A stretch of DNA of 64,000 bases. Origin: an uncultured delta proteobacterium. Lineage in GTDB: Bacteria; Desulfobacterota; Binatia; UBA9968. The notes under the pieces were generated by a model, which worked only from the letters and a program-made list of their open reading frames with translations, did no database searches and was not told where the DNA came from. The first letter of the stretch is position 1, and the number at the start of each line of letters is the position of its first letter. Positions 41,417 through 51,576 of this stretch are shown here, piece by piece. Location: contig CAVWLW010000069.1 in the NCBI GenBank assembly GCA_963755715.1, positions 96,001 to 160,000 of the forward strand, in the 5' to 3' direction. Both the position numbers and the translations under genes were made by a program.

Positions 41417-44161
41417 CTAAACGGCCAGGTCGACATCAGTCTCTGCCGGCGCTGCCATGGGCAAATGAATTTTAAAACGGGTGCCCCGTCCAGGCTTGCT
41501 ATCTACCTCGATCCGGCCGCCGTGCGACTTTATGATTCGATCGCATATCGGCAGCCCGAGCCCCAAACCGCGGCGCTTCTTCGAGGTAAAAAACGGTTGA
41601 AAAATGCGCGGCAAAGCGTCGGCGTCGATGCCGATTCCCGTATCGGCCACGGTAATCATTATTTCGTTCGACGGATCGACGACGGCGCCGACCGTCAGCG
41701 TGCCTCCTTTGGGCATGGCATCCACCGCGTTCAGGGAAAGATTCAACAAGACCTGTTGCAGTTGCTGCGGATCGGCGTGGATCGGCGGCATGGGCGCCTC
41801 GATCTCAGTCGCCGTTTCCACATGATTTTTTGTCGCGCGCGGTTGCACGAGATCGAGCGTCTTCTGGATCATCTGTTCGACATCGGTCTCGGTAAAATCC
41901 GCGCGCTTGGGGCGGCCGAACTCCAGCAGTTCCTGCACCAATGTTTCACATCGCCTGGCTTCCTCGGCAATGATTTGCACCGGGTGGTAGTTGGGATCGT
42001 TGGGGTCCATGCTCGAAAGCAAGCCTTGGGCAAAACCCAAGACGATCCCCAGGGGATTGTTAAACTCATGAGCCATCGACGCCGTCAGCTCGCCGACCGC
42101 CACCAGTCGACCCGAAGCCAAAAGCTGCTGTTCCAATTCCTGCGCCTGATTGCGTAAATGTTCCTCGCTTCGGCGCAGCGCCTCTTCCGCGCGCATACGC
42201 TCGATGAATTGGCCGATCCCGTCGCCGATAGCTTGGGCCATTCTTGCGATGTCTCTATCCGGCTCTTGAGGCGCCAGGCTCAAAAACTCGACGACCCCAA
42301 GCACCTCGCTACGCATTCTGATCGGAAACGCCAGCGCGGCGCGCCATTTCTCATGCGGATTAATCGAGTCACCCATCGGTGTCGAGGCAGTTGCGATATC
42401 TGGTATCCATCGGACTTTTTCCTCGGCCCACACTCGACCCGCGAGGCCGGCGCCGCGCGCGAGCGGTTGGTGGGTTTCCATTTCGGAAAGCGTCAGCGAT
42501 GGCTGGTTCCAGGTTGCCACGCATTCGAGTATTTGCGTCGCTTTATCGATCATCCAGATGCGTCCGAATTGCCAATCCAAACCAGAGCCGACCACTTCGA
42601 GGAGCCTAGGCCATGCCGCTTGCGGCATTTCCGACTCCGCGAGGACGACGGTGACCGCATGCTCCGCGGCGGCGCGCCGCGCCGATTGTTTGCGGGGACT
42701 AATGTCGCGATTGCATTCCAAGATCAAATGCCCGCCGGCGCGATCCGTGATCAATTTCAGGCGACTTTCGACGTCGATGTAGCGCCCCTGCTTGGTTTTT
42801 TGCTTGAGCTCACCGCTCCATTCACCAGCGGTCAGCAAGGAGGCTTCGAAGTTGCCCCGGCTACCGGGAAACTCGGTAGCGAGGAGTTCATGGCTCAATG
42901 CGCCGATGACCTCGTTCTGCGCATAACCGTAAAGCTGCTCCGCGCCGCGATTCCAATAAATAATCCGGCTATCCAGTTGCCGGGCGAAGATCGCTTCGTT
43001 GGCAAGATTTAAAAGGTCGGCTTGCCGCTGCAAGTCTTCTTCCTGGCGGCGCAGCGCCGTCTCGACTCGATCTCGTTCGCTCTCACGCTCGCGCAAGAGA
43101 GCGGCCGCGCGCTCCATTTGGCGCGCGAGACCGTCGATCTCGGCGATCGGAGAGCTCACCGGAAAAGAAACGGCCTGACCCCGGCCCAAATCGCGAGCTG
43201 CCACGGACAAGTCCCATATCGACCTGGACACCTGGCGCGCGAAGATCAACGCCACGCCGAGTCCGACGAGCAAGAGCAAGAGTCCCCCGCCGCCGACCGT
43301 CGCGATCGAGCGATACAAGATCGCATTCACCTCATTGCTGGGAACGATCAACGCCACGAACCAACCAGCGCGATTCAATCGGCTAACCGCGGCATCGGCG
43401 GCGATGCCATCGGGGCCGACGCCGCGCACTAACTGGTCGCCGGTGAGCAAATTGGCCGTGGTCAGCAAATCCGCGACCGGCGTACCCATAAATTTTTCCG
43501 CGTCCCGCGAGCGCGCGATGATGGTACGCTTGGCGTCGAAAAGCGTACCGGTCCAAGTATCAGGAAATTTCTGGCGGGTGAGAATTTCCGTGAAGACTCT
43601 CGGTTCGATCACCGCGCACAGAATGTAAATGAGCGTCTGCTCACGCGTGACCGGAACATAGATGTTAATGCCGCTTTCCGGCGAATTACGGTTGGAAAAA
43701 TCGCCGATCACGGGTTGCCGCGTTCGCAGCACGCTGTTGAGGCTGTCGCGGCTGATATCGTTCGACTCCGCAACCAGCGGTTTTTCGATGCGCATCAGCC
43801 GCGCCCCTTTGGGATCGAACAGACTTAGACTGCGCCAATTGTTCTGCGTGTGTAGAATCCGCGCGGCGGCGGCGCGAAAGACATTGACAGCACCGACATC
43901 GAGCGGCTCTGCGGTGGCGAGCGCTTCGAGATTAGTGATCGAAGACTCGATTTCTCGATCGATCGCCAATGCTAGCGCGCGCGTCGTGTCTCCGAGCCCG
44001 CGCATGCGATTCGCTTGTTCCTGGCGCGCGAGCAAAACCATCATGAAGACCGAAAAAATCAGGATCGGGCCCAAACCGCCGACGATCAAGCGCGTCAAGT
44101 ACGAATGTAATGAGGTAGGCGGAGCAAACCAATGAGCAATGGAGGAACGCGCGGCGATCAT
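41417..44161 (-). CDS. Sensor histidine kinase (Cache-like periplasmic domain, HAMP-like, PAS, GAF, HisKA, HATPase)
   Basis: Two TM helices; YWNRGAEQLYGY (PAS); AHEFNNPL; NAVDAM; DTGIG; GLGLG. Confidence 0.92.
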   Translation of the reverse strand: MIAARSSIAHWFAPPTSLHSYLTRLIVGGLGPILIFSVFMMVLLARQEQANRMRGLGDTTRALALAIDREIESSITNLEALATAEPLDVGAVNVFRAAAARILHTQNNWRSLSLFDPKGARLMRIEKPLVAESNDISRDSLNSVLRTRQPVIGDFSNRNSPESGINIYVPVTREQTLIYILCAVIEPRVFTEILTRQKFPDTWTGTLFDAKRTIIARSRDAEKFMGTPVADLLTTANLLTGDQLVRGVGPDGIAADAAVSRLNRAGWFVALIVPSNEVNAILYRSIATVGGGGLLLLLVGLGVALIFARQVSRSIWDLSVAARDLGRGQAVSFPVSSPIAEIDGLARQMERAAALLRERESERDRVETALRRQEEDLQRQADLLNLANEAIFARQLDSRIIYWNRGAEQLYGYAQNEVIGALSHELLATEFPGSRGNFEASLLTAGEWSGELKQKTKQGRYIDVESRLKLITDRAGGHLILECNRDISPRKQSARRAAAEHAVTVVLAESEMPQAAWPRLLEVVGSGLDWQFGRIWMIDKATQILECVATWNQPSLTLSEMETHQPLARGAGLAGRVWAEEKVRWIPDIATASTPMGDSINPHEKWRAALAFPIRMRSEVLGVVEFLSLAPQEPDRDIARMAQAIGDGIGQFIERMRAEEALRRSEEHLRNQAQELEQQLLASGRLVAVGELTASMAHEFNNPLGIVLGFAQGLLSSMDPNDPNYHPVQIIAEEARRCETLVQELLEFGRPKRADFTETDVEQMIQKTLDLVQPRATKNHVETATEIEAPMPPIHADPQQLQQVLLNLSLNAVDAMPKGGTLTVGAVVDPSNEIMITVADTGIGIDADALPRIFQPFFTSKKRRGLGLGLPICDRIIKSHGGRIEVDSKPGRGTRFKIHLPMAAPAETDVDLAV

Positions 44162-44265
44162 GACGGATCTAAAGATAGTTTAAGCTTGGGTTTGAAAGTT
44201 CGCCACGCCAATTCGAGTGATAGGGCTTTCAAAGATTCGCCGGCGCAGCCGGACACGCCGAAGTC

Positions 44266-44691
44266 TTACGGCAGCAATCTCAAAGCGTCAGCCAATTCTT
44301 GCAAGTCCACCGGCTTGGTCAGATACCGCGACGCGCCTTTGTCGAACGCTTGTTTGATCGAACCCACGGTCGGGTACGCCGTCATCATGATGACTCTAAG
44401 TCCGGGCGCATGCTCCGCTATTTGTTCCAGCAAGGACAGGCCGTCGCGACCGCCGAGCTTGATGTCCAGGAGTGCGATATCCACTCGGTGTTCTTGCAAA
44501 AATGTAAACGCTTCATCGGCGCTCGACGCCGCATAGACTTCGTAGCCGCGTTGACTCAGATACCACTTGAGCAGAGTCAAAAAATTTTCTTCATCATCGA
44601 CGACAAGCACAGATTGGCGCACTGGCGCCACTGAAGCATTGGAAAATTCGCCGGCGCTTTCACCGGGGCGACTCTCTTTGGGCTTGTCCAT
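44266..44691 (-). CDS. Single-domain response regulator
   Basis: VVDDEE, LLDIKL, MTAY and YLTKP motifs. Confidence 0.9.
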   Translation of the reverse strand: MDKPKESRPGESAGEFSNASVAPVRQSVLVVDDEENFLTLLKWYLSQRGYEVYAASSADEAFTFLQEHRVDIALLDIKLGGRDGLSLLEQIAEHAPGLRVIMMTAYPTVGSIKQAFDKGASRYLTKPVDLQELADALRLLP

Positions 44692-44992
44692 CGTCCTTGC
44701 TCTAGCTAAAAACTGCCCCACTGGCCAAGCCCCCCATCAACAACGGTTTCGGGATGCGTACTCGGTATCTCTCAACGATCGATCATTCCGCCCGGTAGAT
44801 TAACTTGCCTCGCAAGTTGGCTTGCCAGCCGGAGCGCTCGCGTCGCTGACGCACCGGATTCACGGCCGCTCCACTCAAAAGCGACGACATGAAAACACCG
44901 CCAGCGCCAATACCGCGAGAGCGATGAGGAAGCTCAACGGGTTAGATGCCCAAGATACTTAGCCTCTTTGACTTGGCCTGAGGTGAAAAGGG

Positions 44993-45009
44993 TGCAGAAA
45001 TTATACCAA
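44993..45009 (-). promoter_or_regulatory. Probable sigma-54 promoter (response regulator/kinase)
   Basis: Minus strand TTGGTATAATTTCTGCA (GG-N10-GC). Confidence 0.5.
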
Positions 45010-45111
45010 TTTCCTGCTTGAGAAAAGTTCCGTTAATCCTGGTAGTTCGGCTCTTTGAGGATAAGTCTTACACACTATTTTGGAGGACTTTGACTGACAA
45101 GCAGTCGTTTA

Positions 45112-45969
45112 TCATACACGAGGTCGCCCAACCTTGCTTAATGACTCATTGCTTGTCTTTTGCGGCGTTGAGCCATCCGTTGCTGCATTCCACTGAGCCG
45201 TTTCTTCCGCGGTCATGGATCCGAACGGAGGTTGGCGCGCATCCTGGTAACCCCAATCCTCAACGTCGGTGCGGTATTGTGAGCGCGACAAGAGCGTGCC
45301 CCGACAGACGTGATTTCTCGCTAGCGGTTGCGCTTGCTCCGCTTCGAGCCGCTGGAGGAGGTCGCGAATTAACCATCCGGGAATCACGGATCGTTCCGAC
45401 GGATAGATGAAATCGAAAAGGATCAAATGACTCAACAGGACATGCCAATGAGTCTCAAAACGCCGTAGCAGGCGCGGCCAATCCAATCGATCGCCGCGCG
45501 CGCGAATGACGTGGGCGACGTCCGCACCGTCATAGCGTTCGCGCTCCATAACGAAAGTCTTGCTCCAGATCAGTTCTTCCGCCGGACAAAGATTTACTTT
45601 CATGCCGAGAGTCTCGCCGGGGACCGAATGCTCGAACCAGCTATCATCGACAGCACAGATACCATTACCCGAGCTAAAAATGATATCGATAAAATCCCTG
45701 CCGCTAAAAACCTTGGCGAGCCAATGCGGAAATGATAACTCAGTAAGGAAACCTTTGTCGCTGAGCCATTCGAGAAGACTCGATAGGTCCGCACGCCGCA
45801 CGAACAGATCCAAATCCTTGCTCACTCGAAGCGCGCCCGCGTATTGCTCCAGCGCATGCCCGCCGCCGACCAAATAATGAAACCCGCCCTCGTTTAGGAA
45901 TTCGAGTACGGCCCGATAAAAGCGCTGCTGATTATCGGTCGAGGATAGCGGGACAAGTTTGGCTTTCAT
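45112..45969 (-). CDS. Nucleotidyltransferase family protein
   Basis: YLVGGG...SKDLDLF (Pol-beta-type G/DxD) and RERYDGADV. Confidence 0.8.
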   Translation of the reverse strand: MKAKLVPLSSTDNQQRFYRAVLEFLNEGGFHYLVGGGHALEQYAGALRVSKDLDLFVRRADLSSLLEWLSDKGFLTELSFPHWLAKVFSGRDFIDIIFSSGNGICAVDDSWFEHSVPGETLGMKVNLCPAEELIWSKTFVMERERYDGADVAHVIRARGDRLDWPRLLRRFETHWHVLLSHLILFDFIYPSERSVIPGWLIRDLLQRLEAEQAQPLARNHVCRGTLLSRSQYRTDVEDWGYQDARQPPFGSMTAEETAQWNAATDGSTPQKTSNESLSKVGRPRV

Positions 45970-45978
45970 CAGCCGTTC

Positions 45979-46699
45979 CTAGGTTTCGGGTATTTCAATC
46001 AGGCGAAACGGCGGTTGATTGGGAAATGTATGCTGCAAAAGTTTCATGGCGACATTGTAAACCGGCACGTCATTCTTTGTCCGCCCTTCGGGTGAACCAC
46101 GATGCGCATGACCATGGAACACGGCAGTCACAGGATAGCGATTGAGTGGCTCTTCGAGTCGGCTGGAGCCGAGGAAAGGAAAAATTTCAAGCGGCTCACC
46201 CATGACCGTGGCCTGGATCGGCGCATAGTGAAGCAGAACGATGCGTTTATCCGAACGAAGCCGAGCGAGAGCGCGTTCGAGCTTGAGAGCTTCCGAGATC
46301 GCCTCATGCACAAACCGCTTGATCATTTCCTCGCCCCACGGCCCAAGTGCGCGCTCGCCAAAGCCGCCGCAGAATCCTTTTACGCCGGCGAAGCCAATCC
46401 CCAGGACTTCACGGGCGTCACCGTCTAAAAACAACGCGCCGGCTTCCGAGAGTATCCTGACTACAGCCTCTTGTTTTCCCGACTCATATTCGTGGTTCCC
46501 GAGCACGGCGAGGACGGGAATTCTCAAGTTAGATATTTCCTTCGCGATCAACCACCGCTTCTTCGGGCAAGCCGTAGTCGACAATATCGCCACACATTAA
46601 AAGCATATCGGCTTGCTTCGCGATCTGCGCGAACAATCCCGGCATGCTCTCATAGGAGGCGCTATTACAGTGAATGTCCCCGATCGCGGCAACGCGCAT
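45979..46699 (-). CDS. Calcineurin-like metallophosphoesterase (+1 frameshift near 46552)
   Basis: GDIH, CGD, GNHE, LHY and HGHAH motifs across two ORF pieces. Confidence 0.85.
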
Positions 46700-46766
46700 G
46701 ATGGTTTTTTCTTTCACCGCGGGCGAAAAAATCTCGCCTCTTGGCAATTACGAAGATCGCCGGATC

Positions 46767-46934
46767 CTAGTGCCACGTTTCCGACCGCTTTGCGGATTGG
46801 CCGAACAGATCGGAGAGAATATAGGCCGCCAAAACATGCGCATCGATCTTATTTTGCACCACCCTTTCAGTTTCTTCTGTCAGGGCAAACATCAACTCTC
46901 CCAAGGTAGCCCCCGAATACTCGTCGCGTTGCAT
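46767..46934 (-). CDS. Small hypothetical protein (55 aa)
   Basis: GGAGGA RBS and a sigma-54 motif upstream. Confidence 0.55.
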   Translation of the reverse strand: MQRDEYSGATLGELMFALTEETERVVQNKIDAHVLAAYILSDLFGQSAKRSETWH

Positions 46935-46977
46935 ATTTTGGTCCTCCATGAATTGGCTTACCGGCGCAGAGGTAAAC

Positions 46978-46994
46978 CGCAAGTCGCATGCCAG
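46978..46994 (-). promoter_or_regulatory. Sigma-54 promoter
   Basis: Minus strand CTGGCATGCGACTTGCG. Confidence 0.7.
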
Positions 46995-47137
46995 AATTTG
47001 TCGTGACCCGATGCTGATTCGCAAAGCCATTTAGGCCGGAAAGTGAGGCAAATAATTTACTTGAAGGGATTTTGCTGACGGAACCGCAGCAATTTTACTT
47101 CACAGCTTTGAAGTTCACCTACGCGCAGGGTCGCGCG

Positions 47138-47794
47138 CTAGCCGCTTGCTTCCATGCTCGAAATGCCGTGGCGCGCAAAGCGATTTTCCAAGCTGCGCTG
47201 CGTCGACAAGACCTTGGTGGCGTATTGCAGCGGCAGCGTTTGCTTCGCCGCGATCATTTTGCTGACCCAGGTTGGGCCGGCATTGTAAGCCGTCAAAGCG
47301 ATCTTGAGATCGCCGAAGAGGTCTTTCATATGGGCCAAATAAGAGGCGCCGACTTTCACATTGACAACCGGATCTTTGAGATTAAGTTTTCGGTTCTTGT
47401 CCGCAGGTGAAATTTTTCCCTCTTCGACCAAGGCGGCGACTACAATGGGTTGTACCTGCATGAGACCGAGTGCGCCTTGAGGCGACACGGCTTTTTGATC
47501 GAAGCGACTCTCCACCTCGATAATCGCCATGACGAGCATGGGATCGAGTGAGTGTTTTTCGCTCTCGTTTGCGATACTGCGAGTTAATCGCGCCAGAGCC
47601 TCATCGCTCATCTGGACTTCTTGCAAGTCCAGCGCCGAGCGAATCTTCGACAGGTGGTAATCTTTCAAGGCTTGAGCCTGCGCGCTGTCACCGATCAAGG
47701 GTGCCGGATTGAGCAAGGTGAGACTAAAAATCGTGATAAATGGTCGCTGCAACAAGGATCGAAGCGACCATCGGAAGAGGTTGGGGTCCGTCAT
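47138..47794 (-). CDS. Lytic transglycosylase (SLT domain)
   Basis: IEVESRF, GALGLMQV and AYNAGP motifs; AAGGGGG RBS. Confidence 0.88.
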   Translation of the reverse strand: MTDPNLFRWSLRSLLQRPFITIFSLTLLNPAPLIGDSAQAQALKDYHLSKIRSALDLQEVQMSDEALARLTRSIANESEKHSLDPMLVMAIIEVESRFDQKAVSPQGALGLMQVQPIVVAALVEEGKISPADKNRKLNLKDPVVNVKVGASYLAHMKDLFGDLKIALTAYNAGPTWVSKMIAAKQTLPLQYATKVLSTQRSLENRFARHGISSMEASG

Positions 47795-48048
47795 ATCGAT
47801 CCCCCTTTCGTGTAGATTCGGCTCGAAACACCGGAGCGGCGCGCACATTTCTCTTTCGCGTCCTCGATCCGGCATCCTCAAGCACAATGATACCAAGGCA
47901 AGGACGATGCCACTGTATCGAGGTGCATTCGATGCTGAATACAAAGAACTTTCATAAAGAAAGAGCAGAAAAAATTACTGGCCGAAGGAAATTTTTAACA
48001 ATCTGATATCGCCGGCCTGTAGATCGCGCGTCGATGAAAGACTTATGA

Positions 48049-49113
48049 CTAAATTTCGCTAAAAAAACACGAACCCAGAACCGCTAGTTTCCTTTCATAA
48101 GAATCGGCATCGAGAAACCATAGGGTAGCCGCAATGCTACTCAGTAAAGAATTGCCGTCCTGAGGCGTAAAGCACATGCCGATCACCTCGCGCTCGCCGC
48201 GCAAGGCGAGACTTTGGTTGACAATGACCGTTTGATTAAGAATTCGGCCGAATAGGCCGTGATCGCGACCGAAAGAGAACACCGCCGCGGAGGATTTTTT
48301 ATTCGTCAGCGCGATTCGCGCGTTGGCTTTGAGCCGCTGAGTCACGTCTTTCAACGTGATCGGGCGGCGCAGCATCATATCGAAGTGGATGGTATGCATA
48401 TACTGCGTGTTCAGCTTCAAAGCGGAAGAGTAAATGTTCAAATCCAGCCCGAGAGTTTTGAAAAGGTGGTGCGCGTCTCGCCCCTGGTGTGTGCCAAACG
48501 TCTGATCATCATGTTTTCCCACTTCCGGCGCAGGAAGAAATTCGCCGTCCTCACTCAAATCATTAGCGCGGCGCATGCATACGAACTTCGCCTCTTCCAA
48601 GTTGTCTTCCTTTTCCGGCCCAAGCGCGATCGTATCGATCAGCGCGGCCAAGTTATGTGTGTTGCAACTGACAATTTGGATAAACCGATCGTTTTTCCGG
48701 TCCAGGGCTGGGTCGTTGATGCCGTACGCATACATCTTGCCGAAGCCAAATTCGCTGCCCTGAGCAATAAAGCCGGAGCCATTATTCGCATACCGGTTGT
48801 AATATTTCGCTTTGTTTTCATTTCCCACCGGAGTGCAATCGATCACCACTTTAGCGCGTTCGATGGCCTGCTCAGCTTCGTAACAAGGCTCCATGTCCAA
48901 CTCTTTGAAGCGCTGCCAGCAATCCTTATCGACCGCGAGCTTTACGCCATGACGGCTCAAGGCGGCGATCTTCGAACGGTCGGTGACAAGCGGCGTGCGT
49001 TTGTGAAAAGTGATCTCGTCGATGCCTAACTTTTCTCTGAAGGACGCCATCAAACCAATGAGAGGCTCACCAATGGTCCCGGTGCCTACCACATGCACGA
49101 CATTTTTTTCCAT
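48049..49113 (-). CDS. Archaeal-type (class II) GAPDH-like NAD(P)-dependent dehydrogenase
   Basis: GTGTIG, DCTP, AQGSE, VSCNTH, RRAND, THQGRD and YMH motifs; GGAGG RBS. Confidence 0.7.
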   Translation of the reverse strand: MEKNVVHVVGTGTIGEPLIGLMASFREKLGIDEITFHKRTPLVTDRSKIAALSRHGVKLAVDKDCWQRFKELDMEPCYEAEQAIERAKVVIDCTPVGNENKAKYYNRYANNGSGFIAQGSEFGFGKMYAYGINDPALDRKNDRFIQIVSCNTHNLAALIDTIALGPEKEDNLEEAKFVCMRRANDLSEDGEFLPAPEVGKHDDQTFGTHQGRDAHHLFKTLGLDLNIYSSALKLNTQYMHTIHFDMMLRRPITLKDVTQRLKANARIALTNKKSSAAVFSFGRDHGLFGRILNQTVIVNQSLALRGEREVIGMCFTPQDGNSLLSSIAATLWFLDADSYERKLAVLGSCFFSEI

Positions 49114-49192
49114 CCGGCCTCCAGCGCTGGTTGATTATTCATTGGCTCCTGCTCGAGGCCGATCTTCAATCCCACTCGGCCGTCGTTTTTAG

Positions 49193-49855
49193 CTATGACT
49201 TTTGTTTTTTTGCCGCTGTGTCGAACTGCTTGTCTTTCATCTGACGGAGTAGATCGGCAAACGACGACCGAGCTATCACGCGGGTAAATTGCGATCGGTA
49301 ATTATTGACGATGCTGACGTTCTCGATGACGACGTCATAAATTTTCCAATCACTACCCGACTGGAGAAGTTTATAGCTGACGCTGGTTTCTTCGCCTTTG
49401 TTGCTGGTGATCTTGGTGTCCACTTGAGCGTACTCGCCGTCCTGTTTGTCGCCCGTAAAAACGACCTTTTCGCCGTTGTAGGAGTTCAGGTTGCTGGCGT
49501 AGGAAGATTCGATTAGCTCGGTAAACAATTTGACAAATTCCCGCTGCTCTTCGGGGTTGCGGCGTTGCCAGTCGGAGCCGAGCGAGCGTTTAGCCATTTC
49601 GGCGAAGTCGAACTTCGGAAAAATCACTTGCCTCAGTTGTTCGATGCGCTCGCTTTTCTTCGCTTCCGGTTTGAGGTTTGGATCTTTCAGGATAGCGATG
49701 ACCTTTTCGACCGAGCTTTGAATTTGCTCGCGCGGAGTAGCGGCGCCGGCTCGATCGACGATCATCAATAATGCAAAAACAATCGCTGCCAAAAGGAATC
49801 GGAATCGAAACCTGAAACCGGCAGATTCATGTCGACAAATAATTGTTGTAGTCAT
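49193..49855 (-). CDS. MlaC/Ttg2D (HpnM-like) periplasmic lipid-binding protein
   Basis: FDFAEMAKRSLG and WKIYDVVIENVSIVNNYRSQF motifs. Confidence 0.88.
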   Translation of the reverse strand: MTTTIICRHESAGFRFRFRFLLAAIVFALLMIVDRAGAATPREQIQSSVEKVIAILKDPNLKPEAKKSERIEQLRQVIFPKFDFAEMAKRSLGSDWQRRNPEEQREFVKLFTELIESSYASNLNSYNGEKVVFTGDKQDGEYAQVDTKITSNKGEETSVSYKLLQSGSDWKIYDVVIENVSIVNNYRSQFTRVIARSSFADLLRQMKDKQFDTAAKKQKS

Positions 49856-49915
49856 CGTCGGACCTCGCAGAATAAATAGAATGGGTAAATGAAATCGTTG
49901 CCCGGCCCCTGAAGC

Positions 49916-49932
49916 AGCAACGCCTGTGCCAA
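49916..49932 (-). promoter_or_regulatory. Sigma-54 promoter (mlaC-like gene)
   Basis: Minus strand TTGGCACAGGCGTTGCT, close to consensus. Confidence 0.8.
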
Positions 49933-50132
49933 TACTTGGAACGAGCGCGGATTTATTGAACTTTGTCTGCAGTTGTTGGATTATCCAGAAAAACGTTTTG
50001 AGCCTTTGTCAGGTTTTTCCAGACGGCCGAGAAGGAGATTGACTGCGGTCAGACATGGCTCGATAGAGTGAAGGTAAAAACCGCTCAAAGCCCTTGGCCC
50101 GACAATCTTGCAACGAAAATCGGCGTTGCAGT

Positions 50133-50555
50133 TTACTGCAATGACGCCCAATCCGACTTCAATCTACTGAAAAATCGGGGTCTTCGCTGCGACTCACTTA
50201 AGAAGGTTTGTAAGCTTGCGACGACCTGCGGTGACCGGCTTTCTTCCGGGATCTGGAAAAGCCCCAGCCACTGGGTCGCGCGGCCGATTGCAACGCGGCT
50301 CGAAAACACCGAGAGCGGCAAGGAAAAAATCAGCGGAAGCGATACCGGAAACAGCCACCAAGCGAGAATCGGACTCAAATAGTAAGCACCGATTAGCCAT
50401 CCAGAGGCCAACAGCGTGGAAAAACCGTGGTGCTCAAGCGCTTCGCGCCAACCCGTCTCGCTATCGTTACGCCGCTGCGCCGTCCATTTTATTTGCCGGC
50501 CGAGCAAAGTCAGCAGAACAAATTTACTGTGAAACCACATGCGGATCGGCGCCAT
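50133..50555 (-). pseudogene. 3' fragment of a glucans biosynthesis glucosyltransferase (OpgH/MdoH-like)
   Basis: APIRMWFHSKFV...W..QRRND...WREAL..HG...LFQIPEE resembles the MdoH C-terminal TM region; no GT2 domain upstream. Confidence 0.65.
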
Positions 50556-50917
50556 CAAAGTTCTTCGGCCTGGCGTTTGGCGTCGCTGGTGTCCCGCCAC
50601 AAGGACCGTTTCGTATCAAAACGAATGTCGCGATATTCGTCATACGATAAGCCCGTCAGAAACTCGGGAATCGGCGGCGGAGCGCGAAATGATTCCGCCG
50701 CGAGCTTCTTGGCTCGATCCGCGACGCAGTCAAAACCAAACGGTTCCTTGGCGTGTAGAGGACGTCGAGAGGATTGTAATGAAAGCTACAACGAGAATCT
50801 TAGCGGCATGCAAACCTGACCCCGCAAGGTATCACCATTGAGCTTAGCGAATGACGCGCGCCAGCCGCGCATAGGCTAGTGTAAAACTATCCGAGCGCTG
50901 TCCTGACAGTCGGCGCT

Positions 50918-51079
50918 TTACAACCAGCTCTCGAATTCGTCACTTTGGCAATCGACCTGGTGTTGGCGCAGACGGTCCCAAGATTCAAAGCAGCCACCAC
51001 AACCGTCACACTCGAAAGATAAATTTTTCCGCTTCTCGGTTTCCGTCTCGTCATTCTTACTTTCCATACTTGTCCCCAT
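50918..51079 (-). CDS. 53-aa single zinc-finger protein (C2H2-type fold, C2HC ligands)
   Basis: Manual translation MGTSMESKNDETETEKRKNLSFECDGCGGCFESWDRLRQHQVDCQSDEFESWL; AGGA RBS and a sigma-54 promoter upstream. Confidence 0.7.
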   Translation of the reverse strand: MGTSMESKNDETETEKRKNLSFECDGCGGCFESWDRLRQHQVDCQSDEFESWL

Positions 51080-51175
51080 GAAGATTTCCTAAAACTTTCT
51101 CGTTACTGCTGTAAAAACTATTTTGTGAAGGGCAGTCAGCCTCTCATGCGCAACGCGGCAACTGCTACTGGACTC

Positions 51176-51192
51176 AGCAACCGGTGTGCCAG
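51176..51192 (-). promoter_or_regulatory. Sigma-54 promoter (zinc-finger gene)
   Basis: Minus strand CTGGCACACCGGTTGCT. Confidence 0.8.
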
Positions 51193-51502
51193 TCCAAATC
51201 GTTTCGCGAATTATCGGGTTGTCCGGTAGTTAACAGCGCATCATAGGTCGGAAAGATTTGATCGTGCGGATAAATGCCTACAGAAGCGTATGTCTTTTGC
51301 CTTTACCCGCTTATTTTTTCCATTCTTAGACGATGCGCGCACCCAAATATTACGCGCGAGCCCGCGTCATAGTTTTGAGGCATACGCTACGCAGCGATGG
51401 CAGGACGTCATAGAGGAGTGTGAGTAAATTCGACTCGCCGCGAAAACCAGATCGACAAAGGGGATTATAGCCGCGACACATGATAGGTAACTGAATTCCC
51501 AC

Positions 51503-51549
51503 GGAGAAGGAAGGTGCCCGGTCGTGCCCGCTGGTATTCAAAACAGGTC
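51503..51549 (+). repeat. Degenerate 5' half of tRNA-Sec (att-site remnant)
   Basis: GGAGAAGGAAGGTGCCCGGTCGTGCCCGCTGGTATTCAAAACAGGTC versus tRNA 5' GGAGAAGGAAGGTGCCCGGTGGTGCCGCTGGTCTTCAAAACCAGTC. Confidence 0.85.
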
Positions 51550-51576
51550 GATAGGGTTTTCAGGAATGTAGCAACG

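Noticed and set aside
41324-42157. 277-aa plus-strand ORF
   Set aside because: Begins across a REP element and is antisense to the histidine kinase.
44800-44960. Possible small membrane peptide upstream of the response regulator
   Set aside because: A hydrophobic stretch is visible but I could not define a clean start and stop.
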